Origin: Octopus sinensis
Lineage: Eukaryota
DNA: 64,000 bases
Direction of reading: 5' to 3'
NCBI RefSeq assembly: GCF_006345805.1
Contig: NC_043000.1
Location: forward strand, 122,698,001-122,762,000
In this document: piece by piece, positions 50,840-64,000 of the stretch
Layout of the letters: each line of letters opens with the position of its first letter
How positions within the stretch are numbered: the first letter of the stretch is position 1
Program-made: the position numbers and the translations under genes
Notes under the pieces: generated by a model
Databases searched by the model: none
What the model was told of the DNA's origin: nothing
The model's input: the letters and a program-made list of their open reading frames with translations, nothing else

Positions 50840-51912
50840 TTAATTATATAAATTAAAATATAATAAATTCTGAAGAGGTTTGGTAAAAACCCCGCATAAT
50901 ATTTAATATGCATATTGGGATTCCTAAGAATTCAATTTGCCGGAAAACAGTCTGATGTAGTTTTGTTTGGTAAGAGATAATGAAGAGGTCGTGACTTTCT
51001 CGCACAAAATAGAAAATTATTGTCTCCTGACCGCTACTTGAACTTTTTCCTGAATACAGATATATAGATTATAGATGACTTAGGTCACTCTCTGAAATTA
51101 GAAATGATCACTGCTGTTTTATTTCCATAAATATTGGAGTGTATCAAAATGAATATTTAATATGTTGTGGGTGTTGATGCGTTGCTAGGCCGAAGCTACG
51201 ACCATTAAAAGAACTCGTCTGCTTTTCCTACGACTGTTACTAATACGCAGTCTCTTTTTATTAAGCTTCATGCTATCTCGTTGTACTTCCTCATTGATAC
51301 TTAATTTCTGCAGAAAGTTTCTTTCTAAGCATGGACTCCCTATCAATTATTAAACGTCAGAATAAAATACAAGCAGACATTACTTCGAAGTCTTCTGGTT
51401 ATCCCTGTCCCTCTGCCCAGGAGGTCTTCTATGCAGCAACGTGTGTTTATCTTTCTCTAGCGAGCTGCAAATAAAATAGACAAAATAAATAAGTCAATAA
51501 GTATTATCTTAAACTTGTAGACTATATCTACGTTGTCAATCATGTTTCTGGGAGACGTCTGAAACAGGAACCATCAGAGTGAAGATCATCACAATTTGTA
51601 AAATAAATGAACCTTGTAAAACAGCTGGAATGCGAATGTCTAAAGAAAAATAAGATGATAGACAGTTGCTAATAGCGACTAGGCATGCACACTGGAGTGA
51701 TTCTGCTCGTTGAGATTGGCCAGTTGCCATTTAAATTTCTTGTTATGAGAACATGTAACACAATGACTACAAACACGTCAGTTTTCATTTTGTCTTTATT
51801 TTATAATGAGAGACATTACAACAAAGTGAATTTTAAGCAAAGTCTCAGTCCGAACTACCGCATGGTCTTACATATTTCAAAACCAACGTATCCGACGAGC
51901 CATTATTTATAT

Positions 51913-52329
51913 TATTTCTTCATTGCTCACAAGGGGCTAAACATAAAGAGGACAAACAAGGACAGACAAACGGATTAAGTCTATTTCATCGACCCCAGTG
52001 CGTAACTGGTACTTAATTTATCGGCCCCGAAAGGATGAAAGGCAAAGTCGACCTCGACGGAATTTGAACTCAGAACGTAGCGGCAGACGAAATACCTATT
52101 TCTTTACTACCCACAAGAGGCTAAACACAGAGGGGACAAACAAGGACAGAGAAAGGTATTAAGTCGATTTCATCGACCCCAGTGCGTAACTGGTACTTAA
52201 TTTATCGACCCCGAAAGGATGAACGGCAAAGTCGACCTCAAGGGAAATTGAACTCAGAACGTAACGGCAGACGAAATACAGCTACACATTTCGCCCGGCG
52301 CGCTAACGTTCTTGCCAGCTCGCCGCCTT
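51913..52329 (-). mobile_element. SINE dimer A + headless A with TSD around the whole dimer
   Basis: Perfect 19-bp TSD GACGAGCCATTATTTATAT at 51894-51912 and 52330-52348; junction GAAATACCTATTTC at 52089-52102. Confidence 0.92.
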
Positions 52330-53326
52330 GACGAGCCATTATTTATATGTGTTAACAGTTCCATTTTAGCTGCGATGTAATACTATGTAACACATTAAAG
52401 TAGCACATTAAATTTAACAAGACTGTCGTTGAGGGCCTGGTGGGTGTGATGGTAATCCATTATGTTAATAGTGTCGCAATTTGCGATTATATTAATCTTA
52501 TAATTAACATCAATCATCAACTACAAATTCTTACCTCTATACGGCATCAGCAATATAGCCATGGCGTTGACAAGACGCCATATTGTACCTATTTCGTGTA
52601 TAATCGTTTCTGTTATTTATATCATGTAGTTGTATAAAGACTAAAATACCGAAGTGTTTGTAATCTTAGAAGATATAATATGACTGTTTCACACTTTGAA
52701 AATCTGTTAGTATAACTGGAGTATAATTCTATTACTTCTCATTACTATAAATCATTTAATCAGTGACAAGATTCTACAGAGTTATGTGCTATAAAACTGT
52801 GTCATGGCCTTTCCCTTGTTACTTTTGCCATGTAAGTTTAGAATATCACGGTGATGTTCAGAGGATAGCAAGCTGGTTTTGTTAACGTTTATATTGTTTC
52901 TTCTACAATTACATTTGAACAAGTTGATACGATGCCTAATGAATAAAGAGATGGTTCGAAGATTATCACCGAAACTCTAATGGCTCCAGTGATTTGACTG
53001 TTCATTTCAAAATCAATTTTTTTTTTCCTGGTGCCGCAACTATTTATATTTAACACTTCGTTAATCATATGGAGTGTCTTGCCCCGCCAATTTTTTTTAA
53101 ATGATCGTAATTTTTAGTTGGCAACTTATTTCTTTGTTTTGTGTTCCCTTCCTCTATTCTTCTGACTCAGTGAAAATGTTCTGCAAGTGGTGTGACGCAG
53201 TTGCGGCTCAGTTGTCGCGGGAGGTGGACATAATTTTTGTCTCGTCATCCCATGTGACTAACGCAGTTCATGTTTTGATTTAATACATATTGGAACGGAG
53301 ATTGCCTGTTATGTTGTTTCTTTAAG

Positions 53327-53665
53327 TGAAGGTGCATGGCTCAGTGGTTAGAGCGTCGAGCTTACGATCCTGAGGTTGTGATTTCGAATCCCGGACCGGG
53401 CTGCGTGTTGTGTTCTTGAGCAAGACACTTTATTTCACATTGCTCCAGTTCACTCAGCTGTAGAAATGAGTTGCGACGTCACAGGTGCCAGCTGTATCGG
53501 CTCCTTTGCCTTTCCCTTGGATAACACTGGTGACGTGGAGAAGGGAAGCCGGTATGCACGGGCGACAGCTGGTCTTCCATAAACAACCTTGCCCGGACTT
53601 GTGCCTAGGAGGGTAACATTCTAGGTTCAATCCCATGGTCATTCATGACCGAAGGGATTCCTTTT
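53327..53665 (+). mobile_element. SINE family J, full length
   Basis: TGGCTCAGTGGTTAG, TTTCGAATCCC, CORE-like segment, tail GGTCA-TTCA-TGACC-GAAGGG. Confidence 0.9.
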
Positions 53666-54289
53666 TTATTTCTTTCAAGTTAATATCCACCATAGATATT
53701 TAAAAATTTCACAAAATGGTATACTCTGCGGGTATTTTCAAAATAAATATGATCTGAAGCTAAGATTGTTTTAGTTTTTTTCCTTAATTTTATAATTTAT
53801 TTTATTATATTGTTATATAAATCAAACTGAATCAGCTACAAGGGCTTCAAACTTCTCAGCAGGGATTACAGATATATCCTGAACCAAACGAATGAGTATA
53901 TTTTACATAATACTAAAACTGTAAACATATTTGTATTTGGGGTGTGTAAAAACCCCATGTGAACAGCACGGATACAGGTTTTCAGCTCTGCACAAATGAA
54001 ACAATGATGGCCACCTTTTGCAGCAAATTTTCAATGAGTTTACTACCAACACTGGTTCATGCCTTAATTCCATTAGGGAATTTCTCATAGAGTGTTCTGC
54101 CTTTCCCCGCTACAGCCAAAAATTGTATGTAGCACATAACAGAGCAATGCTTGCGTCTGAAGCTCTTTAAAGTGAAGAGAAGCTTTGCACAGCACGTATC
54201 GCGCTCTGTAAATAACGTCTGCATTTGCCCAAGAAGAACCACTCTACACATATACATTAATGTGTGTGTGTGCGTGTGTATTTATTGAC

Positions 54290-54495
54290 TTCTTGCACAA
54301 GGCCAGCATGTTCGAGTGAGTGGTATGTCGATTACATTGAGCCCAACGTTCAATTCGTACTTATTTTATCGACTGCGAAAGGATGAAAGGCAAAGTCGAT
54401 CTCGGTGGAATTCGAACTCAGATCCTAACGACAGACAAAATGCTGCTAAACACTTTGCCCAGCATGCTAACGATTCTCCTAGATCGCCACCTTCA
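54290..54495 (-). mobile_element. Old SINE family B
   Basis: GAAAGGATGAAAGGCAAAGTCGATCTCGG core, GCACAAGGCC tail. Confidence 0.75.
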
Positions 54496-55603
54496 TGCGT
54501 ATTCATATTTCAACAGATTAAAAAATATTGGAAACAGAACGACAAACTAAAAGCTATTTTGCACTATGTAGTGTTCTTATATTCTGTATTCTCACTACAA
54601 ATTTCCGCTGATGTTGATGGTGATGTTGCCTGTTGCTCCTCACAATTTCGGTAAAGTAATTAAATAATATCAGGCATTAACTGTAGTCAGTCAATCGATA
54701 TACCAGTCTCACACGAATTTTTAGCCTTGGGCTAATAAAAGAACTCCATCTGACATGTATATATCTCTCAAAAATAAACAGCGACGTTAAAGCATCTGAA
54801 AAATCTCCTGTTGCTTTATACCCGTTAAGGAGGTCGCTTCAGAATCAAAATCACGCGAAGTTTTTCTTTTGTAGATGGAAAAGAAGTAAAAATGTCAATA
54901 ATTTCCTGAACTGCAATTTTAGTGACGTTTAATAATGCCAAGGAGTTTTAATTGAAAAATTGATTGATGTCCACCGAAGATACACTCAAATATAAAACAA
55001 ATTCAAACCTTAAATGTGGTAGTTTTGTAAACAGCCGTTTTGTCTTGTTTTTTCTATTATTTCTTTTATATTTTACTCTTTTCGTGCTCTTTCGTTCAAT
55101 TAATTTCACCGTTGATTAAATTATTATATCACATTTTTCAACATAGCCGCACACTTTCACATATTGATACACGTCTGTATGAGCGTATCTGTCTGCAATG
55201 TCTGTCTGTTTGTTTATTTGTGTGCGTGTATGTATGTACGTATGCGTGTTTCTGTTTTGCGCACGGACGTGTGTGTGTGTGTGTGTATGTGTGTGTGTAT
55301 GTGTGTTTCTCTTCAAGATTTCACTTCTTCGCAGAATTGAAGCCTGTCACTTCACCAAACGACGAGGCTTTTTGTTTGAGCCAAGACAGTTCCAGGGTTT
55401 TATGAAGACACGAGTGAGTCGATGTATGCGTGTTTGTAGGCAAGTGTGTGGACATACGTGCACTCAGACTATGAGCGTACACGTCTCTTTAGAACAGGAC
55501 AGTGCGTACCAGTATGTGGTTATTCTATGTAACTTTGTAAATGACATGCAAAAGTGAATGTGTGTTCATTCTAAGAAACATTTCTATCAAACTCATTTAA
55601 CGA

Positions 55604-55622
55604 ATACTGCCCTCTGGTGGTC
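55604..55622 (-). promoter_or_regulatory. Candidate CTCF-binding motif
   Basis: Minus strand AGACCACCAGAGGGCAGTA fits the CCASYAGRKGGCRS consensus; lies outside recognised repeats. Motif match only. Confidence 0.35.
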
Positions 55623-55689
55623 TGCTGAAAAAACACCTCGGTAAAGTCTTACGATGCTTCGGCGACCAACTTTACAGTAAAATATAAGT

Positions 55690-56452
<763 letters not shown>

Positions 56453-57447
56453 CCTGCACCTCTACAAAGCCACGCCTGCACATTTCTTTAACAATCTACA
56501 AATTTTATCCAGTCTCTGTTAATTCACTTATTCCTTAACTCTGCATTCTCTCACGCCCAATAGCCTTATATTGAATACTCACCACTCTGCCACTATATAC
56601 AACTTACTCCCCAAATTCTCAAACATAATAATCTGGTTCGTCGCTTTATTGTCCCCCAATGTAGATTATTCTACTCACCGTGTTTCCAAAATATCTCCAA
56701 ATGCTTACATAGTTAATTTTTTCTCTCCCTATTTCCATATATCAACATTTTCTGGGCCTCATTCATCTCAAATCCTCTGTATTTTTCTTTTCCATTTTTC
56801 ACCTTTCTATACTCAATTGTTAAGAATGGGAAACTTTATAGATTGTGATCCTGCACAATAATTGCCTATCTGCTTTTCAGCATCTCTTCGTTTTCTTCTC
56901 CATATTCGAACCAAAGAATATAATCAGTATAGATGGGAGCGTGGATGTACCACCACCTTCCTTTAGCTACCTGATAATGACTTCTCTCTAAACTGCTTAT
57001 ATTCATGGCGAGCTTTACCTCAGATTAACGTTGGTATTATGAAAACTATGATGGCACGAATATATTTATACGCCAGATTGAAGAAACTGTATTTACATTA
57101 AACAAACATTGGTGTAACTCGGATCTATTCTGACATTACATCTGTGATAATAAATTCGCAACAACTTTCACTAGTGAAGAAATCATCCGATTTATGCCAT
57201 TCCTCAACGAAGTCTACTCTCCACTACAATTCACCTCCAATAACTCAAACATCCCCGACAGATTTCCTTATGCCTGTGACGGTGTCATCAAATATCTCCA
57301 TTTTCATCCACATTGAACTACAAACAAAATCAGGGCGTCAACGACCGAGTCTTTAATTGACTGTACCGTCGGCTAGAAATATCAGCGAAACGTCTCTCTC
57401 TTAATCTACACCTGGACGTCTTGTTCATAAATGGATATATTGGATAA

Positions 57448-57612
57448 CGGATTAAGTCGATTATATCGACCCCAGTGCGTAACTGGTACTTAATTTATTG
57501 ACCCCGAAAGGATGAAAGGCAAAGTCGATCTCGACGGAATTTGAACTCAGAACGTAACGGCAGATGAAATGCCGCTACGCATTTCGCCCGGTGTGCTAAC
57601 GATTCTGCCAGT
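57448..57612 (-). mobile_element. SINE family A lacking distal tail
   Basis: Head and core intact to CGGATTAAGTCG. Confidence 0.85.
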
Positions 57613-57849
57613 GGTCAGAAACATATTGAACTACGCAAAAATGTTAGAGAAAGAAACCATGTTCTTTAATCTTTTATTATTAACGTACTCTTTGTATTAC
57701 GTCACAGCCCACCTTTAAGAAGCGCCATATTGTTCAGAAGAATGCGAAACTATAAGAGAACAACATTTATTGAAAATAATCAGGTGAAAATTGGAAAAAC
57801 TTCATTCAAGTGGTTAGAAAAAATTTAACAATTTCATCATCCCTATTAC

Positions 57850-60535
57850 TCCACGTCTTTTCAACACTACTACCTCATCATCATACCATCTCCACCACTA
57901 AACTACCACCCATCCTTTATCAAAACACAACCGCATATTTATTCTCTTCATCGCATCTCCATCCCCTCCACTCCTTACACAGCATATCCACCACCATCTT
58001 CGTTGTATTCCCCATATTTCATCACTACCATCATCGCTAGCGCCACCACGCTGCTCCATCCCCAACACCACCGAACTGTTCTACCTACGCCTATATTTTT
58101 TTTGCGACCCACGTCACTACCACACAGCAACTACCACCATACAACAACTGCAACTATCACCACCACCACTACCACCCAGATTACAACACCAACCTTACCA
58201 CTACAATAGTTTCAATTAGCACCCATACAACCATATTTCCATAACTACCACCTCCACCTTCTCCATCAACACAACCACCACCACAACCACTATTACTACT
58301 AGCACCACAACTAACACCCCGCCATGGAAATCTAGCCAACCCCAATTCATGTACCCTATCACCACCCATCAGCGGTTTACACAACTGCCACCGCCACTAC
58401 CACCTTCATTTCTGCCACCACCCTATCACTACCTCTGGTACCACTAGCTCCATCTTCGCCCCTGCTACTACACTACATCAATATACTTCTATCAACATAC
58501 CACCCGACTGCCATCATGACACCTCCTCGCCTTCTCATCCCGCACCTTTTTTCAACATTAGCACAACCACCACTGCTACCTCCACTACCATCTCCACTAC
58601 CACGATCACTACCACCACCACAAATACTAGCACCATAACAACTGCCACCACAACCACTACCATCAGTACTACCACCACCACTACCACCACCACTACCACC
58701 ACGAACACCACCACCACTGCCACCAGTATTACCACCTTCACTACCATACCACCACCACCACTACTACTACTACAACCATAACCACCGCTACCACAACCAC
58801 TACCACCAGTACTACCACTGCCAATACAGTTATCACTATCACTACTACTACCGTCAGTGTTACCATCACCATTACTGCCACCTGTACAAACAGCACCAAT
58901 ACCACCACTACTACTACCAGTACTACCTGCAAGGTGTTGCCTTAAACTTCATTCCCAATCCTACATTATACTGTCTCCGCCACCAACGACAAGAATCGTC
59001 ACCACCACCACCACCACCAAGAACAACAACAACAACAACGACAACCTAAACATGGCTTTCGCTGCTGCGATCACTGCTACTACCACCAACACACAATTCC
59101 AGCACCACTAGAAAAACAAACGCCAATACCACTAATCACTATCACTACTACTGCTAACATCATCATCGTCGTCGTCGTCGTCGTCGTTGTCATCATCATC
59201 ATCATCACAGTACCAACAACAACCACCCACACGAACACAAACACTACCAATACCAACACCAACAAAACATCACCCCTACCACCTTCAATATACTACTGCT
59301 GCTGTTGTTGCTACTACTACTACCTTTACTACTACTACTACCTCTACTACTACTACGAGTACCTACATCCCACCGAAAAAAAGCGGTCACCACCATCAAG
59401 ACAAATAATAACAACCACCACCACCACCATCTCCCCAAACATAACCACCAACAACAACATCACCACCACCATCATCACAACCACGACCACCTCCAGATGA
59501 AGCACCAGCACAACCACCAGTAATAACACAACCGCCGCCACCACCACTACCACCACTACTACTTCCAGTAGCACAAGCAGCGTCACCGCTACCATCAGCA
59601 CAACCACCACCGCCACCACCATCAAGAAACAACCATCACCAGCACAGCCACCGCCACCAACACAACCTACCTCCGCCAACACAGCCACCACCAACACAAC
59701 CACCACCAACACAACCACCACCAACACAACCACCACTACCAACATAACCACCGCCACAACCAGCAGGAAACACCATCACCAGCACAGCCACCACCACCAA
59801 CACAACTACACAGCCACCACCACCAACACAACTACCTCCGCCAACACAACCACCACCAACATAACCACCACTACCAACAGAACCACCGCCACAACCAGCA
59901 GGAAACACCATCACCAGCACAGCCACCACCACCAACACAACTACACAGCCACCACCACCAACACAACTACCTCCGCCAACACAACCACCACCAACACAAC
60001 CACCACTACCAACAGAACCACCGCCACCATCACTATACAGCCACCGCCACCAACACAACCACCACTACCACAGAACAACCGCCACCACCAGCAAGAAACA
60101 GCATCACCGGCACAGCCACCGCCACCAACACATACTACCTACGCTAACACAACCACCACCAACACAACCACCAACACAACCACCGCCACCACCAGCAAGA
60201 AACACCATCACTAGCACAGCCACCGCCACCAACACAAACAACCTCCGCCAATACAACCACCACCAACAGAACCACCACCAACACAACCACCACCAACACA
60301 ACCACCACTACCAACAGAACAACCGCCACCACCACCACCACCACCACCAGCAAGAAACACCATCAGCAGCACAGTCACTGCCACCAACACAAACTACCTC
60401 CACCAACGCAACCACCACTACCAACACAACCATCGCCACCACCAGCACAACCTCCACCACCACTATCCTTACCTCCAACATAAACCACCTCCACTATCAC
60501 CACCAACACACAACCAACCACCACCGCTCCCCCAC
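57850..60535. repeat. 2.7-kb (ACC/ACT/AAC)-rich low-complexity tract with a higher-order repeat at ~59610-60470
   Basis: Direct reading; anchor CAGCA(A/G)GAAACA.CATCA..(A/G)GCACAG recurs six times. Confidence 0.92.
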
Positions 60536-61004
60536 CGTCAATACCTTCGAAAGCCGCCCCACCCTACCTCCAGCTACGCAGCACATCCAAAAAAAGCTGC
60601 TGAAATCAATAGACAGCTGTGTTAGTCTAGCAGCAGCCATTGTTCACCTTCCTCTCTGTTCTTCCGACCAAAGTCAACACTGATTTAGCTGACATGTCTT
60701 ATCTTTTCATCGTCAAGCCGCCACCGACTTAACTCAACTCTCTAGCTTTTTGTGGCACTCTGCAATGTGCAACACATAACTAGATGTGCAACAGCTAAGT
60801 CATAAACAACAATAACAACGGCAGCAACAACAGCAGCCAAAACAAGATCGGTAGCATCGCTAGTTCAACTTATTGATGATACAGGCTCTGAGATATATGA
60901 CTGATGCAGTTTCTGTTTTGTTTTGCTTTTTATTTTCAGGTGTTGTTCATATTCATGTGGTTCTTGCTATTAATAGTGGCACATATGATTCATGACGATT
61001 ATAA

Positions 61005-61030
61005 TTATAATTTTATTATTATTATTATTA

Positions 61031-61101
<71 letters not shown>

Positions 61102-61117
61102 GTTATTGTTATTGTTA

Positions 61118-61152
<35 letters not shown>

Positions 61153-61205
61153 GTTATTATTATTATTATTATTATTATTGTTATTGTTATTGTTATTGTT
61201 GTTGT
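61005..61205. repeat. (ATT)n with (ATTGTT) variants
   Basis: Direct reading. Confidence 0.95.
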
Positions 61206-61346
61206 CGTTATTATCATCACCGTAGGCAGATGTCTTTAATGTTAGTGCTTACTGATGCTGTACTTTTGATAGTATATATTTCAATAAGACTCAGAGACAG
61301 ACGCATTCATATAAATTAATATGTGTTCATAAATATAATTAATTCG

Positions 61347-61394
<48 letters not shown>

Positions 61395-62382
61395 CAGAGA
61401 GAGAGAGAGGGGGTGAAGAGAGAAGGAGGGGTGGGAGCGAAAATGAGAGAAAACGGAAGAAATAGAGCAAGAATAAAAGAAGTAGACATGTGTGTATGTA
61501 TATTTACATATATACGCATATGTATACATACATACATACATATATATACGTGTATATACATATATAATATATTTGTTATATATATATAACATATTGTATA
61601 TATATATGTGTGTGTTATATATATATAACATATTGTATATGTATATATATACATTATAAAACGTATATATACTTAACACTATATGAATATATATATATAT
61701 ACATATATATACGCACGCACACATACATACACATATATCCACACACATATTTACAGAGACATGTGGTGAGAATCAGAGAAAGAGAAGTATATATGTTGTA
61801 TGTATATATATACACACGCATACACACAAACACACACAAATTCAGATATGTATGTATGTCGTATGTGTATATATGCAAATGTATACAATATATAAATCAC
61901 AAAAAAAAAAATAAAACTATGCTTGTCAACATTTTCTTTTCTTTTACAAGTTCTCAGTTAACAAGGGAAATATATGTCACACTGATGATAACCCGAACCA
62001 ATGGCGTTCAAATTTAATTATCAGCGTACATTGTTATAAAACTCGTGCATGTTCATCAGGATCAAGATGTAGATATGGAGATAAAAAATGACGAAGGCGG
62101 GAGAAAGATCACAAGAAAATACTGACGTATACGTCAGAAATCTCTGTATGTCCATTGATTTCGTTTATCTTGATGAAGTGTCGTAGGTAGCATTCGCAGG
62201 ATTAGATAAATATGCTAGTATTTTTTAATAGCATTGGTCTTCTTCGTTATGTTTGCATGTATCATGTCTGTATGCATGCGTACTGCATGCTAGTGTCTGC
62301 GCGTGCACGTGCATGTGTGGAATCTGTATGTGTCTGTTTATCTGTGAATATGTACGTGCATGTGTGCAGGTGAGTGTATTTT

Positions 62383-62805
62383 AATCTTTCACTTGTTTTA
62401 GTTATTTGACAGGGGCCATGCTGGAGCACCGCCTTTAGTCGAGCAAATCTACCCCAGGACTCATTCTTTGTAAGCCTAGTACTTATTCTATCGGTCTATT
62501 TTGCCGAACCGCTAAGTTACGGGGACGTAAACACACCAGCATCGATTGTCAAGCGATGTTGGGGAGACAAACACAGACACACAAACACACACACACACAC
62601 ACACATAAATATATATCTAAATATATATATATATATATACACAACGGGCTTCTTTCAGTTTCTGTCTACCGAATCCACTCACAAGGCTTTGGTCGGCCCG
62701 AGGCTCTACTAGAAGACACTTACCCAAGGTGCCATGCAGTGGGTCTGAACCCGGAACCATGTGGTTGGTAGGCAAGCTACTTACCACACAGCCACTCCTG
62801 TGCCT
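62383..62805 (-). mobile_element. SINE family C
   Basis: Complete head, internal tract and tail. Confidence 0.9.
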
Positions 62806-62967
62806 ATTTATGTAGGATATATGCGGTTTTAGTGTTATATGCTTCTGAGTATATGTGTATGCGTTTAACGTATATGTGTGTATGTGTGTGTCTACATACT
62901 TTGATATATATACATAAATATATATGCATATATGTAAGTGTATAATACACACACATACACACATACA

Positions 62968-63384
62968 TATTTCTTTACTACCCACAAGGGGCTAAACACA
63001 GAGGAGACAAACAAGGACAGACAGACGGATTAAGTCGATTATATCGACTCCAGTGAGTAACTGGTACTTACTTTATCGACCCCGAAAGGATGAAAGGCAA
63101 AGTCGACCTCGGCGGAATTTGAACTCAGAACGTAGCGGCAGACGAAATACCTATTTCTCTACTACCCACAAGGGGCTAAACACGGAGGGACAAACAAGGA
63201 CAGATAGACGGATTAAGTCGATTATATTGACCCCAGTGCGTAACTGGTACTTAATTTATCGACCCCGAAAGGATGAAAAGCAAAGTCGACCTCGGTGGAA
63301 TTTGAACTCAGAAGGTAACGGCAGACGAAATACCGCTAAGCATTTCGCCCGGCGTGCTAACGTTTCTGCCAGCTCGCCGCTTTT
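62968..63384 (-). mobile_element. SINE dimer A + headless A
   Basis: Junction GAAATACCTATTTC at 63144-63157; probable TSD ACACATACA (low complexity, weak). Confidence 0.9.
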
Positions 63385-64000
63385 ACACATACATACACAC
63401 ACGCGCACATGCACACGAATAGTAATAGAAATCGGTATACCAATGTCATACGTACTGTAATACATGAGGACAAAAAAATGTAGAACAACGTTCTAAATTC
63501 TTAAATTTTTCCTTTCTTTTTTAATTTCCACCCTTCGATACCCTGAGATCCTTTCTGGGTCAACTTGGGGTTCTATCATTCCAGGGTCGATAAAATAAAT
63601 ACCATCCCTATACTAAACAACATTCACTTAATAACTCAACATATTTCCTCTCAAATCTGCGGTCTTGTACCAGAATGAGAAATCAATATATTATAGCCAT
63701 GGCCATCGCTATACACGTTAACGTAACGACGCATTTGTTACATTATAGAGCGATCAGTGATCTCATATTTGTTTCCTCTTCATTTATTTTCTCGTTTCCC
63801 TCTACCGGTAATCATTTTTCAATTCAACTAACAAGCTTGCAAAGACGCACACAACATGTCCATGCATGGCTCATATAAACTGGATACCAAATGAAGTAGA
63901 ATTGCTCGTAGAGTCTGCTAGATGGAACATCAATCATTGTGAATTCATTACGGTATACCTAAAAGCATACTTATAACTGACATTAGCTCTAAATCCGCAT

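Noticed and set aside
56480-57350. Ancient LINE on the minus strand
   Set aside because: Composition is suggestive, but I could not read any RT or endonuclease motif.
57361-57394. GGCT...AGC-GAAAC-GTC hammerhead right half
   Set aside because: The left core (CTGTACCGTC) is too far from CUGANGA, and no PLE context was identified.
57850-60535. Mucin-like Thr-rich exon with many NTT sequons
   Set aside because: The reading frame switches among Thr, Pro/Gln and His frames at each repeat anchor; no long frame or splice signals found.

Overview
Eukaryotic, AT-rich, repeat-saturated genomic DNA with no recognisable host protein-coding gene, rRNA, true tRNA or CRISPR. The SINE and microsatellite content resembles octopus/cephalopod DNA (my recollection, not a database result). 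Main contents: (1) a 6.2 kb compound locus (4623-10834) in which an (AAT)n microsatellite hosts a near full-length but frameshifted R4/Dong-type RT+RLE LINE, two copies of an ORF-less element and four copies of a 91-bp mini-element, all in the same orientation; (2) about 30 tRNA-derived SINEs of at least five families, six of them head-to-tail dimers fused at the same GAAATA-nn-TATTTC junction; (3) Penelope-like element (PLE) relics: an RT, a GIY-YIG C-terminus and termini carrying degenerate hammerhead-ribozyme motifs; (4) deleted Tc1/mariner elements and MITEs, a MITE containing (CCCTAA)n, a non-autonomous Helitron and a Helentron-like element; (5) an 82-bp-arm foldback; (6) many long microsatellites, which explain almost all ORFs in the supplied track. 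Family labels A, B, C, D, E, J and K are my own working names. All alignments were done by eye, and coordinates of degenerate elements are approximate.
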